Assembly: GCA_947084965.1 (NCBI GenBank)
Contig: CAMTUG010000001.1
Coordinates: 1,375 to 65,374, forward strand
Source: an uncultured Parcubacteria group bacterium
GTDB lineage: Bacteria; Patescibacteriota; Patescibacteriia; UBA9934; CAMTUG01
Reading direction: 5' to 3'
Length of the DNA: 64,000 nt
The notes below the pieces were generated by a model. It saw only the letters and a program-made list of their open reading frames with translations. It searched no databases and had not been told where the DNA came from. The position numbers were made by a program, and so were the translations under genes. This document shows positions 36,013-44,504 of the stretch, one piece after another (within the stretch, counting starts at the first letter, position 1; every line of letters starts with the position of its first letter).

Positions 36013-36999
36013 CTAGAGCGACACCCCGATTTTTTCTTTTACTTGTGCGAGTTTTTTGCTCGCGATCTCTCTCGCTCGATCCGCCCCGTTTGCGAGGAGC
36101 TTCACGAGCTCATCTTCATTTTTCAGCCAGCCGTTGATTTCTGCCTGGAGCGGTGTGAGGGAGAGGACGAGTGCTTCGGCCAGGTCGGACTTGAAATCCC
36201 CATACCCTTGGCCGACGTAGTTGTTCTCAATCTCTGCAAAACTCCGTTTGGTCACGAGCGACATAATCTCCATAAGGTTCGCGACTCCCGGGCGCTTTTC
36301 GTCGTAGACGATTCCACCTTCGGTGTCGGTCACAGCGCCCTTGATCTTCTTACGAATGACGTCCGGTTCATCCATCAGTGAAATATAGGACTTGGCGCTC
36401 TCAGCCGACTTGGACATCTTCGATGTTGGATCATCGAGAGCCATGATGCGCGCTCCGTGTTCACGAATGACCGGTTTCGGAATAACGAACGTTTCGCCAA
36501 AGCGCTTATTGAAGCGTTCAGCAACATCGCGTGTTAACTCGACGTGTTGTTTTTGGTCTTCGCCAACCGGCACGACATTCGTGTCGTAGAGCAAAATGTC
36601 CGAAGCCATCAACACGGGGTAGGTGAACAGACCGACGGTGACTCCGTCCTTCTGTTTTTTTGATTTGTCCTTGAACTGCGTCATGCGCTCGAGTTCACCC
36701 ATGTGCGCTACGCAGTTTAAAATCCAGGCGAGCTCGGTGTGTTCACTGACCATCGATTGTTGGAAGATCGTCGTTTTATTCGGATCCATCCCGGCGGCCA
36801 AGTAGCAGGCGGTAGCAAAGAGAATCGCTTGCCGAAGCTTCTCTGGATCTTGTGGCACGGTGATCGCGTGATAATCAACGACAAACAAAAAGGTTTCGTG
36901 TTCCTTTTGTGCCCCAACCATCGGCTGTAACGCTCCAAAGAGGTTGCCGATGTGCAGGATGTTTGTCGGTTGGAGCGCTGTCAGTGCGCGTGATTGCAT
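36013..36999 (-). CDS. trpS: Tryptophan--tRNA ligase
   Basis: Motifs QPT, HIGN, VDYHAIT, YPVLMASDIL, VPVGEDQ and KMSKS. Confidence 0.96.
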   Translation of the reverse strand: MQSRALTALQPTNILHIGNLFGALQPMVGAQKEHETFLFVVDYHAITVPQDPEKLRQAILFATACYLAAGMDPNKTTIFQQSMVSEHTELAWILNCVAHMGELERMTQFKDKSKKQKDGVTVGLFTYPVLMASDILLYDTNVVPVGEDQKQHVELTRDVAERFNKRFGETFVIPKPVIREHGARIMALDDPTSKMSKSAESAKSYISLMDEPDVIRKKIKGAVTDTEGGIVYDEKRPGVANLMEIMSLVTKRSFAEIENNYVGQGYGDFKSDLAEALVLSLTPLQAEINGWLKNEDELVKLLANGADRAREIASKKLAQVKEKIGVSL

Positions 37000-37161
37000 A
37001 CGGCAGTATCCTATCAGATCACCGTGTATTTTTCCACAAATTTGATTGACAAAAGTCGATTTTTATGATGAAATATGGAAAATTAATAGTCAGGGTGCAA
37101 AGGAAGACCCTCGAGTGTCATCTCACGATGATGCCGGGGGTTTTCTGTATAAAGATTATAT

Positions 37162-37401
37162 ATGTGGGATAACTTTTCTGCTCAGTTTCGTGCTATTGGG
37201 TTACGCCAGGAAGGGAAGTCGTATGCGGAGATTCAAAAACTAACGGGAGCTTCACTCTCAAATCTTAGCTATTGGTTTCGAAAGATTAAGATTCCAGATG
37301 AGGCGCTTCGAATCATCAAAGAGAGGAAATTGCAGGCGATCGGTGTGGCTCGGGCGGTCTCTGCCAGGAATAGACGTCATAGGCACTACCCCGAAAAGTA
37401 A
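37162..37401 (+). CDS. Small helix-turn-helix protein, possibly a truncated remnant
   Basis: AIGLRQEGKSYAEIQKLTGASLSNLSYWFRKI is an HTH pattern. An upstream TTGACA lies at 37046. Confidence 0.6.
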   Translation: MWDNFSAQFRAIGLRQEGKSYAEIQKLTGASLSNLSYWFRKIKIPDEALRIIKERKLQAIGVARAVSARNRRHRHYPEK

Positions 37402-37409
37402 GTTTCCTT

Positions 37410-37479
37410 AAAGTGGAAGTACACAGAGTTTATTTTGTGCTGAAGTTAGAAAAAAATAAGGTCTGTGTACTTCCACTTT
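37410..37479. repeat. Long inverted repeat with 18-bp perfect arms
   Basis: AAAGTGGAAGTACACAGA (37410-37427) pairs with TCTGTGTACTTCCACTTT (37462-37479). Confidence 0.85.
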
Positions 37480-37632
37480 GCGGAAGTTGTCATTTCGAGG
37501 ACCTACGCTGGAGCGCAGGCCCATACAACAGACGACCGAAGTACAGCACAGCCGCAATGCTTAAACCTCTTAAGCGGACCCTGGCCCCAAAATCAAAAAT
37601 CCAGCCCGCAGGAGCGAGCCGGATTTTTGGAT

Positions 37633-39450
37633 TTATACCTCGATGACCACCGGAAGGATCATCGGCCGGCGTTCCGTCTTTTTGAAAAGGAAGGCACCGA
37701 TTTCGTTGCGCAGGTTGTTGCGAAGGTGTTCAGGATCGGATTCGTGTTGATGCGGATCGCTCGAAGCACAGACTTCCTGCACCCGTTTGGTCGTCGCTTC
37801 GATCATATCCTGCTGGACGTTCAAGTGAACGAATCCGCGGCTGATGATCGCTGGCTTGCCAGTCAATTTTCCTGTTTTGTGATCAACTTGCACGACGATA
37901 ATGACCATCCCGTCGTCAGCCAGCGCTTTACGGTCGCGCAAAACGACTTCAGAAACGTCACCGACGCCGAGACCGTCAACGAAGACGTAGTCGGTGGTGA
38001 TCTTTTGGTCAGTCAATTTACCCATCGATTCGCCGGTCTTCGGATCTTTCCAGAATTCCATGATCTGACCGTTGTCGACGACGTAGACGTCTTCCTCTTT
38101 CCACCCCATCGAGTAGGCGATGGAGGCGTTTTCGCGCAACATGAAGTGGTTGCCTTCGATTGGCACGTAATACTTCGGACGGAAGAGAGAAAGCATCAAT
38201 TTAATGTCTTCCTTCATGGCGTGACCACCGGCGTGCACGTCCATCATCTTGTAGTTGATGACGTTGGCACGCTTGCGGTACAAGACGTCCATCAGTTTTT
38301 GCACTGAGGCTTCGTTGCCTGGAACGACGGAAGACGAGAAGATGATCGTGTCGTTTTTGTGGATCTTCACGAAGCGGTGTTCGTCGTGGGCGATGCGGTT
38401 CAAGGCGGCGTACTTTTCGCCCTGGGCCCCGGTGCAGAGGATCAACACCTGATCGTCCGGGTACTTATTGACCTGATCGATCGGGAGGATGTTTTTCTGG
38501 GCCACTTTAATGTAGCCAAGTTCTTTGGCGATCTCGACGTTGGTTTTCATCGAGTAACCGTCCAAGAAGACTTTGCGTCCGTGTTTGTCGCCGATTTCCA
38601 TCAGCAACTTCACACGAGCGAGGAGCGAGGCGAACGTCCCGACGATCACCCGTCCGGTCGCTTTTTCGATGATATGTTCGAGCTCTTGGCCAATCACCGT
38701 TTCGGACTTTTGATGGCCAGGAATCATCGAGTTGGTGGAGTCGCCCATCAGGCACAAGACCCCTTTGCGGCCGACGTCGGCGATCTTCAAGAAGTCCGCT
38801 GGCGGGGAACCGATCGGGTGGAAGTCGAACTTCCAGTCACCGGTGTGACAGATCGTTCCGGCCGGGGTTTCGATGACGATCCCAACCGAATCCGGAATGC
38901 TGTGGTTGATGTGGAAGAAGTGGACTTTGAAGGCACCGAGTTGAAGCGTATCCGTTGCCTTAACAACTTTGACGTTTAACTTGGTCGTTTCAAAATCTTG
39001 CTGGCGTTTCATGATGATCCCAGCGGCGATCGGCAGGGAATAGATCGGTGGGTTACCAATTTTTGGAATGACGTGAGGGATGGCACCGATGTGGTCGTAG
39101 TGACCGTGGGTAATAATTACCCCGCGGACATTTTTTTCCTTGCCTTTCACGTAGGACATGTTGGGGATGATGTAGTCGATCCCTGGCATCCCTTCTTCGG
39201 GGAATTGCAGACCCATGTCGATCAGGATGATGTCGTTTTTGTATTCGATCAGGGTACAGTTGCGGCCGACCTCTTCACAGCCCCCAAGGACCATGACGCG
39301 GACTTTATCGTCCACTGGACGAGAGGCTGGGGCTCCGGCTGGGCGCGGGGCGGCCTGCGGGGCAGGACGGCGCACGAACGGCGGACGACGGTTTCCGCCG
39401 CCGCGTTGGTTCCGTCCACCTTGCGGACGGTTTGGTTTCATTGCTTCCAT
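37633..39450 (-). CDS. rnj: Ribonuclease J
   Basis: Motifs LGGCEEVGRN, THGHYDHIG, HSIPD, HTGDWK, DSTN, HAGGHA and RRPMILPV. Confidence 0.95.
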   Translation of the reverse strand: MEAMKPNRPQGGRNQRGGGNRRPPFVRRPAPQAAPRPAGAPASRPVDDKVRVMVLGGCEEVGRNCTLIEYKNDIILIDMGLQFPEEGMPGIDYIIPNMSYVKGKEKNVRGVIITHGHYDHIGAIPHVIPKIGNPPIYSLPIAAGIIMKRQQDFETTKLNVKVVKATDTLQLGAFKVHFFHINHSIPDSVGIVIETPAGTICHTGDWKFDFHPIGSPPADFLKIADVGRKGVLCLMGDSTNSMIPGHQKSETVIGQELEHIIEKATGRVIVGTFASLLARVKLLMEIGDKHGRKVFLDGYSMKTNVEIAKELGYIKVAQKNILPIDQVNKYPDDQVLILCTGAQGEKYAALNRIAHDEHRFVKIHKNDTIIFSSSVVPGNEASVQKLMDVLYRKRANVINYKMMDVHAGGHAMKEDIKLMLSLFRPKYYVPIEGNHFMLRENASIAYSMGWKEEDVYVVDNGQIMEFWKDPKTGESMGKLTDQKITTDYVFVDGLGVGDVSEVVLRDRKALADDGMVIIVVQVDHKTGKLTGKPAIISRGFVHLNVQQDMIEATTKRVQEVCASSDPHQHESDPEHLRNNLRNEIGAFLFKKTERRPMILPVVIEV

Positions 39451-39602
39451 AGCTAAAATGAAAAATAGATAATGTATGTATGAGATAAATTGTGAAAGAT
39501 CGCGATGAGGGTAGAGGGGCGTCACGGACACTTCGAAGGGCTCAAGCTCCTCAAGCCGTTTGAACTGTCAGTGTCCCTCCCTGTTAGACAGAATGCATTC
39601 TG

Positions 39603-39689
39603 TGGTGGGCGGAGGGGGACTCGAACCCCCAAGTCCTTGCGAACACTACGCCCTGAACGTAGCGCGTCTACCAATTTCGCCATCCGCCC
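39603..39689 (-). tRNA. tRNA-Leu(CAG)
   Basis: GGGCGGATGGCGAAATTGGTAGACGCG-CTACG-TTCAGGG-CGTAG, with a long variable arm and ...CCGCCCACCA. Confidence 0.96.
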
Positions 39690-39756
39690 CCAAGTCACCA
39701 TCGATCAAGGCCGGAATGTACCATTTCCCAGCCTGATTGTCAATCGTTCCGCCCCT

Positions 39757-41535
39757 CTATTTCAGGACGTACGCAGTTTCTAAATACCAATCAACAACAC
39801 CCGCAAAGCGGTCAGAAGGGTCGGTAATTGACTGGATATCTGCCCCTTGTACGTCTGAAGAGAGGGCGTAGGTGTAGGTCGGTTGATAGAGGAAGAGGGC
39901 GGGAAGATCTTCGATCAGCAGCGCCTGTAGTTCGCGGTATTTGGCCCCGCGTGTCTCAGTGTCGATCGCTGTACGTGCCTCTTCAATCAATGTGTCCACT
40001 TTGCGGTTTTGGTAGAGAGCGATGTTGAGTCCGGGATAGTCGCTCTGCGAGGAATGCCAGAACGGGTAGAGATCTGGATCTCCGTTTGCTAAGAATTCTC
40101 CGGAGAGCAAAATGTCATAAGAGCGCTCACGCAGGACCTCTGATTGCAGGGAGGGAGAGGAGACAACGTTGAGCGTTGTTTCCACCCCAATTAATCCCCA
40201 GGCTTGCTGAATAAATTCGGCCGCGGCGATGAATTCTGGGTGATCAATCGTTGTGAGCGTCAGGGAGAAACGGATCGTTTCGCCCTCTTTTAGTGTCTTG
40301 CCAGCCTCATCGAGAAGGGCGCGCGCGCCATCGACGTCAAAACTCGGTCCTTTGATCGATTCATCATAGCCAACCATCCCGGGCAAGACCGGGGCGTTGA
40401 CCACCCGCGCTGAGTTTGGGAGGACTTCTGCCACCAGGCGCTCTTTTTCAATAGCCATCGAGAGTGCTTGGCGGACCTTTTTTTCCTTCAACACCTCGGC
40501 GTGGACTTCGTTGAAGAAGAGCGCGGTGTATTGTGGAATAGAGGGACGCCAGAGCGTCACATCGCGATCGTTTTCAAAATCGTCTACCCGGTCCGTGGGG
40601 ATGAAGCTCACCCCGTCAACGTTCTTTTTAACGAGAGCATCCATGGCACTTATCGAGTCCGGATAGAATCGGAAGATCAGACGTTCAACGTTTGGTTCTT
40701 TGGCATAGAATTGATCGTTGCGTACAAGCGTATAAGAGTGGACATTGCCCATCTTGTCCTTGCTAAATTTTTCAAACTTGTACGGACCAGAACCGATTGG
40801 CTGCAGGTTTGCTTCAGCCAGCGTAGCGTTTTTTGGTGGGACAAATTCCCAGACATGCGCAGGCATGATTCCGACGGTCAGCGTCGACAAAAACGGGGCG
40901 AACGGCTCGGTTAAGGTGAACTGCACCGTGCGGTCATCCACTTGGGTGACGTCTACCTCTCGGAACGTTGGGTACAGAGGAGAACGGTATTCAGGATTTT
41001 GCAACATGGCAAAGGTGCTGATGACATCGGTCACGGTCACTGGTTCACCGTCATGCCAGCGGACATGTTCGCGCAAGACAAAGGTGTATGTTTTTCCGTC
41101 GTCGCTCACGTCGTACGACTCAGCCAGGTCTGTGGTGAGACCTTCGTTTCCTTGTTTCATCAGCCCGGAATAGATAAGTTTGGTCAGATCACGATCTGCG
41201 TCTGAACGGTTGGCATAAAGTGGATTCACGAATTGCGGCGTACCGATCAACGCTTCGACATATTCCCCTCCCGGCGTAGGGACGAGCGTGGCGTGAAGCG
41301 TAATATAACGGCCCCCGAGAAACAGGACAGAGACAACGATGGCTGAAAGGGCGATGACGCTCACTCGGCGTTCAGTTAACGTGAAGGCGCGGGGAAGATG
41401 TTTCCATTGCGTCCAGCTCGGAAAGGCTCGCTTTTTGGTAACGGAAAAAACCATCCGTTTGGTGAGATCCTGGGTTGTTGGACCTTTACGGAAGTTCTCG
41501 ACCGTCTTTTTGATACGGTGAAAAAGATTTTTCAC
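39757..41535 (-). CDS. Peptide ABC transporter substrate-binding protein (family 5)
   Basis: Motifs DLAESY.VSDDGKTYTF.LR..V.WHDG, PIGSGPY and KVRQALS. It has an N-terminal TM. Confidence 0.9.
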   Translation of the reverse strand: MKNLFHRIKKTVENFRKGPTTQDLTKRMVFSVTKKRAFPSWTQWKHLPRAFTLTERRVSVIALSAIVVSVLFLGGRYITLHATLVPTPGGEYVEALIGTPQFVNPLYANRSDADRDLTKLIYSGLMKQGNEGLTTDLAESYDVSDDGKTYTFVLREHVRWHDGEPVTVTDVISTFAMLQNPEYRSPLYPTFREVDVTQVDDRTVQFTLTEPFAPFLSTLTVGIMPAHVWEFVPPKNATLAEANLQPIGSGPYKFEKFSKDKMGNVHSYTLVRNDQFYAKEPNVERLIFRFYPDSISAMDALVKKNVDGVSFIPTDRVDDFENDRDVTLWRPSIPQYTALFFNEVHAEVLKEKKVRQALSMAIEKERLVAEVLPNSARVVNAPVLPGMVGYDESIKGPSFDVDGARALLDEAGKTLKEGETIRFSLTLTTIDHPEFIAAAEFIQQAWGLIGVETTLNVVSSPSLQSEVLRERSYDILLSGEFLANGDPDLYPFWHSSQSDYPGLNIALYQNRKVDTLIEEARTAIDTETRGAKYRELQALLIEDLPALFLYQPTYTYALSSDVQGADIQSITDPSDRFAGVVDWYLETAYVLK

Positions 41536-41548
41536 AGGAACAAACGGT

Positions 41549-41767
41549 TTACACGATCACGTTGGCAAGGGAAACGCCGATGAAAAGAATGGCGAAAATG
41601 ATCGTCAACTGGAAGAGACGTTTTTCTACCCCGCGCTTGGTGCGAAAGACGTTGCCTTCCCCCCCGAAAGCGGCCGAAAGACCGGATCCGCGGGCTTGTA
41701 AAAGAATTGAAACGATCAAGAGAATCGCGAGGGAAAACTGGGCTACGGTGAGAATAGTGTTGATCAT
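41549..41767 (-). CDS. secG: Preprotein translocase subunit SecG
   Basis: ILLQARGSGLSAAFGG...RGVEKRL, with two TM segments. Confidence 0.92.
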   Translation of the reverse strand: MINTILTVAQFSLAILLIVSILLQARGSGLSAAFGGEGNVFRTKRGVEKRLFQLTIIFAILFIGVSLANVIV

Positions 41768-41790
41768 AGTGCGCTCCGAATGCTACCAAA

Positions 41791-41919
41791 TCAGCCCTTC
41801 TGCGTCAACCGTTTTGCTAAATCACGTGTGCCCCGGCCAGAGACCTTCATGGCGGGTCGTTTTTTCTTCTCGCGGCGACGAAAACGTTTCTCCGCCCTGC
41901 TTATCTCTTTTTCCTCCAT
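41791..41919 (-). CDS. 42-aa basic small protein
   Basis: Hand translation: MEEKEISRAEKRFRRREKKKRPAMKVSGRGTRDLAKRLTQKG*. It has the TATG context and fills the gap upstream of secG. Confidence 0.6.
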   Translation of the reverse strand: MEEKEISRAEKRFRRREKKKRPAMKVSGRGTRDLAKRLTQKG

Positions 41920-41933
41920 AAGGTTTCTTCTTT

Positions 41934-41966
41934 CCTCTAACCTCTAACCTCTAACCTCTAACCTCT
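41934..41966. repeat. Perfect heptamer tandem repeat (CCTCTAA), 4 copies plus a partial
   Basis: CCTCTAA CCTCTAA CCTCTAA CCTCTAA CCTCT lies in a divergent promoter region. Confidence 0.9.
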
Positions 41967-42000
41967 TTCTTCTTTTCAATGATATACTATCAACAGCATT

Positions 42001-42708
42001 ATGTCCCTTCCGCGCACCTCGTTCATCGTTTTGGTTCTGTTCCTCGCCGCCCTCGGCGTGTTTGCTGCTCGTGTCTACTCGTTTTATCACAAAATTGATT
42101 CCGGCACGCTCACGGCGGCAGAGATCCCTGACGTGAGTTACGCAAGCCGTTTATCTACGAGCCAGTTGGCTCAGGCAAGCGCGAGCAATGTCGGTGGGAT
42201 CGATGTGGTTACAACGGACGATCCTTCGATGGGCTCGAAAGATGCCCCACTGACGATCGTCGAGTTTGCGGATTTTGGTTGCCCTTACTCCGAGCAGGTG
42301 AGTCATGTCTTGCGTCGTTTGGCTACGCTGTACCCAGAGACGATTCATTATATCTATCGCGATTTTCCGCTCGCGGATCTTCATCCGGAAGCTGTGCTCG
42401 CTGCCGTGGCCGGCGAATGTGCTGAAGAACAAAAATCTTTTTGGGCCTATCATGACAAACTGTATCAACATCAAGATGCCTTGAGCGAGGAAGATTTGAT
42501 ACGCTATGCAGAAGAGGTCGGGATGGACAAACGTGATTTCCGCACCTGCCTGAATTCTGGCCGCTACACCGATGAAGTCGTAGAAGATATTTCAGATGGC
42601 TCCGCCGCAGGCGTCTACGGCACCCCAACCTTTTTCTTGAACGGGACCCGCGTGGAAGGGGCGATCCCTGACGATGTTTTGACTCAGATTGTCACTGCTT
42701 TCTTATGA
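42001..42708 (+). CDS. DsbA-family thioredoxin-fold protein
   Basis: EFADFGCPYS (CxxS), YRDFPL and GVYGTPTFFLNG, with an N-terminal TM. Confidence 0.88.
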   Translation: MSLPRTSFIVLVLFLAALGVFAARVYSFYHKIDSGTLTAAEIPDVSYASRLSTSQLAQASASNVGGIDVVTTDDPSMGSKDAPLTIVEFADFGCPYSEQVSHVLRRLATLYPETIHYIYRDFPLADLHPEAVLAAVAGECAEEQKSFWAYHDKLYQHQDALSEEDLIRYAEEVGMDKRDFRTCLNSGRYTDEVVEDISDGSAAGVYGTPTFFLNGTRVEGAIPDDVLTQIVTAFL

Positions 42709-44420
42709 AGATGCGTTTCTTTCTTCTTGTCGTTGTTCTCCTGACTTCGTTTGTTCCACAGCCAGTTGCGGCGGAGTGTACCTGTTACGACACTTCCGGT
42801 AATCCGTATCCGCTTTCAAGTGCGGATAACACCGGAGAGACCGATGAGGAAAATACCGCCGCCTGTGTGGAATTATGCGAAGAGAACTTTTCGGAAAATC
42901 CGGAACTGTTTGATGGTCGGGTCAGCACGGAGTATGCCGATTACTCCGAAGGGGTGACCAAGGCGGCACAACAACAGGTTGACGTGCAGATGGAAACAGC
43001 GGCTCAGAGTTATTATGATGATGGGAGTTGTACCTGTTACTGCGGTCGGGAAAATGTCGGAGCGGCGCAGATTGATGGGAAGTTCACCACGGCCATGGCC
43101 TGCAAAGACAAGTGCGAGGAGACCGGGGATCGCTTTGTTGCCTGCGCCAACTCGGTCGACGAAGCGCCGATCAGTAATCTGCGCTGTTTTACGAGCACCG
43201 AGTGCACGGCGGAGGGGGGATTGTGGTCCGATGATCAGCCGTATGACTGCGACCCGAATGCGCACTACTGTTTTCCCGAACCGGAACCGATTCAACTGTC
43301 GGTCCACCTCGGGGGAACGACGCAAGTTCTTGATATTGGAACGTATATCAACGCCGCCTACACGTACCTTTTAGGTGCGGGGGCGATCGTGGCGATCGTG
43401 ATGGTCATGATCGGCGGGGTGCAGTACATGATCGGTTCGTCCGTCGGTCACGCTGATGCAGCCAAGAAGCGCATCCAAAACGCCGTGATCGGACTGATCC
43501 TCGTGATGGGCGCCTATCTCATTTTGAATACGGTTAATCCTTACCTCGTGCAGTTAAAGTCGATCGAACTTCCCTTGATTAAGTCATCGATTTTTGTGAC
43601 CGGAATTGGATCGTGTGAAGACTTTGCTGCCAAGGGATACAGTTTGACGTCCGCGGATGGCGGGACGGGCTGTGGGGACAAAGGCACGGTGTATCGTTCA
43701 CCATCAGGTCAGCAGGTTGGTTATGAGTGTCGGTACTCATCCTGTGCCGGTTCGGGGACGGCCGGCGCCGCCTGTGCCAACGTGAATGGGGAGTATGAAT
43801 GTATGACCTGTGCCGCTTCGGCAAACCTGATTAAAGAAGGGGTACCGATCACAAGCCAGATGTGTGCTTCGCTGCAACCAGACGTGGTCGATCCGTCTGA
43901 TCCGATGCAACTTCGTTGTGCGTATATCCGCGACGCGGATTTCAATGATGCTATCTATAATCAGATCGGGATCAGCTTGACGAGTATGATTCCGCTTTAT
44001 GGCACTTGGTATGCATTGTCTGGCCAAGCGATTGACGACTCAGTGGCTAATGCAATGGAGGCGATCAATAACGGCACAACCGGTGCCTGTGGGATGATTA
44101 AGATTGACTGTAGTTCGATTACGAGTTGTGCCGATTACGAAGGGGTCGACGTTTTTTTGGGGTATCCAGAAAAGGACGTGGGGGAGCTGGACTCGATTGA
44201 AGGGGTCTTCGAATCTATCTGTCTGGAAAATCCGTGCTCAGAGGATAAGGGAGGCAAGGTACCAAAAACAGATACCTGCCAAGTGAGGACAAATGGCGGT
44301 GTGAAATACGCGTTCGGTGTTAGTACCCTTGACTGCTACTCAGCAGAACAGGAGACACGTGATGCTGCCGCGAATGAGGAACGCAACGACGCGATCGGGG
44401 ATGCCTTCTCGGGTTCATAA
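42705..44420 (+). CDS. Cysteine-rich protein with TrbC/VirB2-like pilin domain
   Basis: Signal peptide and central IGGVQYM...AKKRIQNAVIGLIL...ILNTVNP, with many Cys on both sides. Confidence 0.8.
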   Translation: MKMRFFLLVVVLLTSFVPQPVAAECTCYDTSGNPYPLSSADNTGETDEENTAACVELCEENFSENPELFDGRVSTEYADYSEGVTKAAQQQVDVQMETAAQSYYDDGSCTCYCGRENVGAAQIDGKFTTAMACKDKCEETGDRFVACANSVDEAPISNLRCFTSTECTAEGGLWSDDQPYDCDPNAHYCFPEPEPIQLSVHLGGTTQVLDIGTYINAAYTYLLGAGAIVAIVMVMIGGVQYMIGSSVGHADAAKKRIQNAVIGLILVMGAYLILNTVNPYLVQLKSIELPLIKSSIFVTGIGSCEDFAAKGYSLTSADGGTGCGDKGTVYRSPSGQQVGYECRYSSCAGSGTAGAACANVNGEYECMTCAASANLIKEGVPITSQMCASLQPDVVDPSDPMQLRCAYIRDADFNDAIYNQIGISLTSMIPLYGTWYALSGQAIDDSVANAMEAINNGTTGACGMIKIDCSSITSCADYEGVDVFLGYPEKDVGELDSIEGVFESICLENPCSEDKGGKVPKTDTCQVRTNGGVKYAFGVSTLDCYSAEQETRDAAANEERNDAIGDAFSGS

Positions 44421-44504
44421 TTAACCCTCTTGCTCTTGCCATCCCACAAAATACGTGTTATCCTCTTTCGCACTTTGCGCAATTGAGCGCTGTGACGACA
44501 GACT

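Noticed and set aside
37465-38307. 280-aa plus-strand ORF
   Set aside because: It is antisense to RNase J and has no recognisable motifs.
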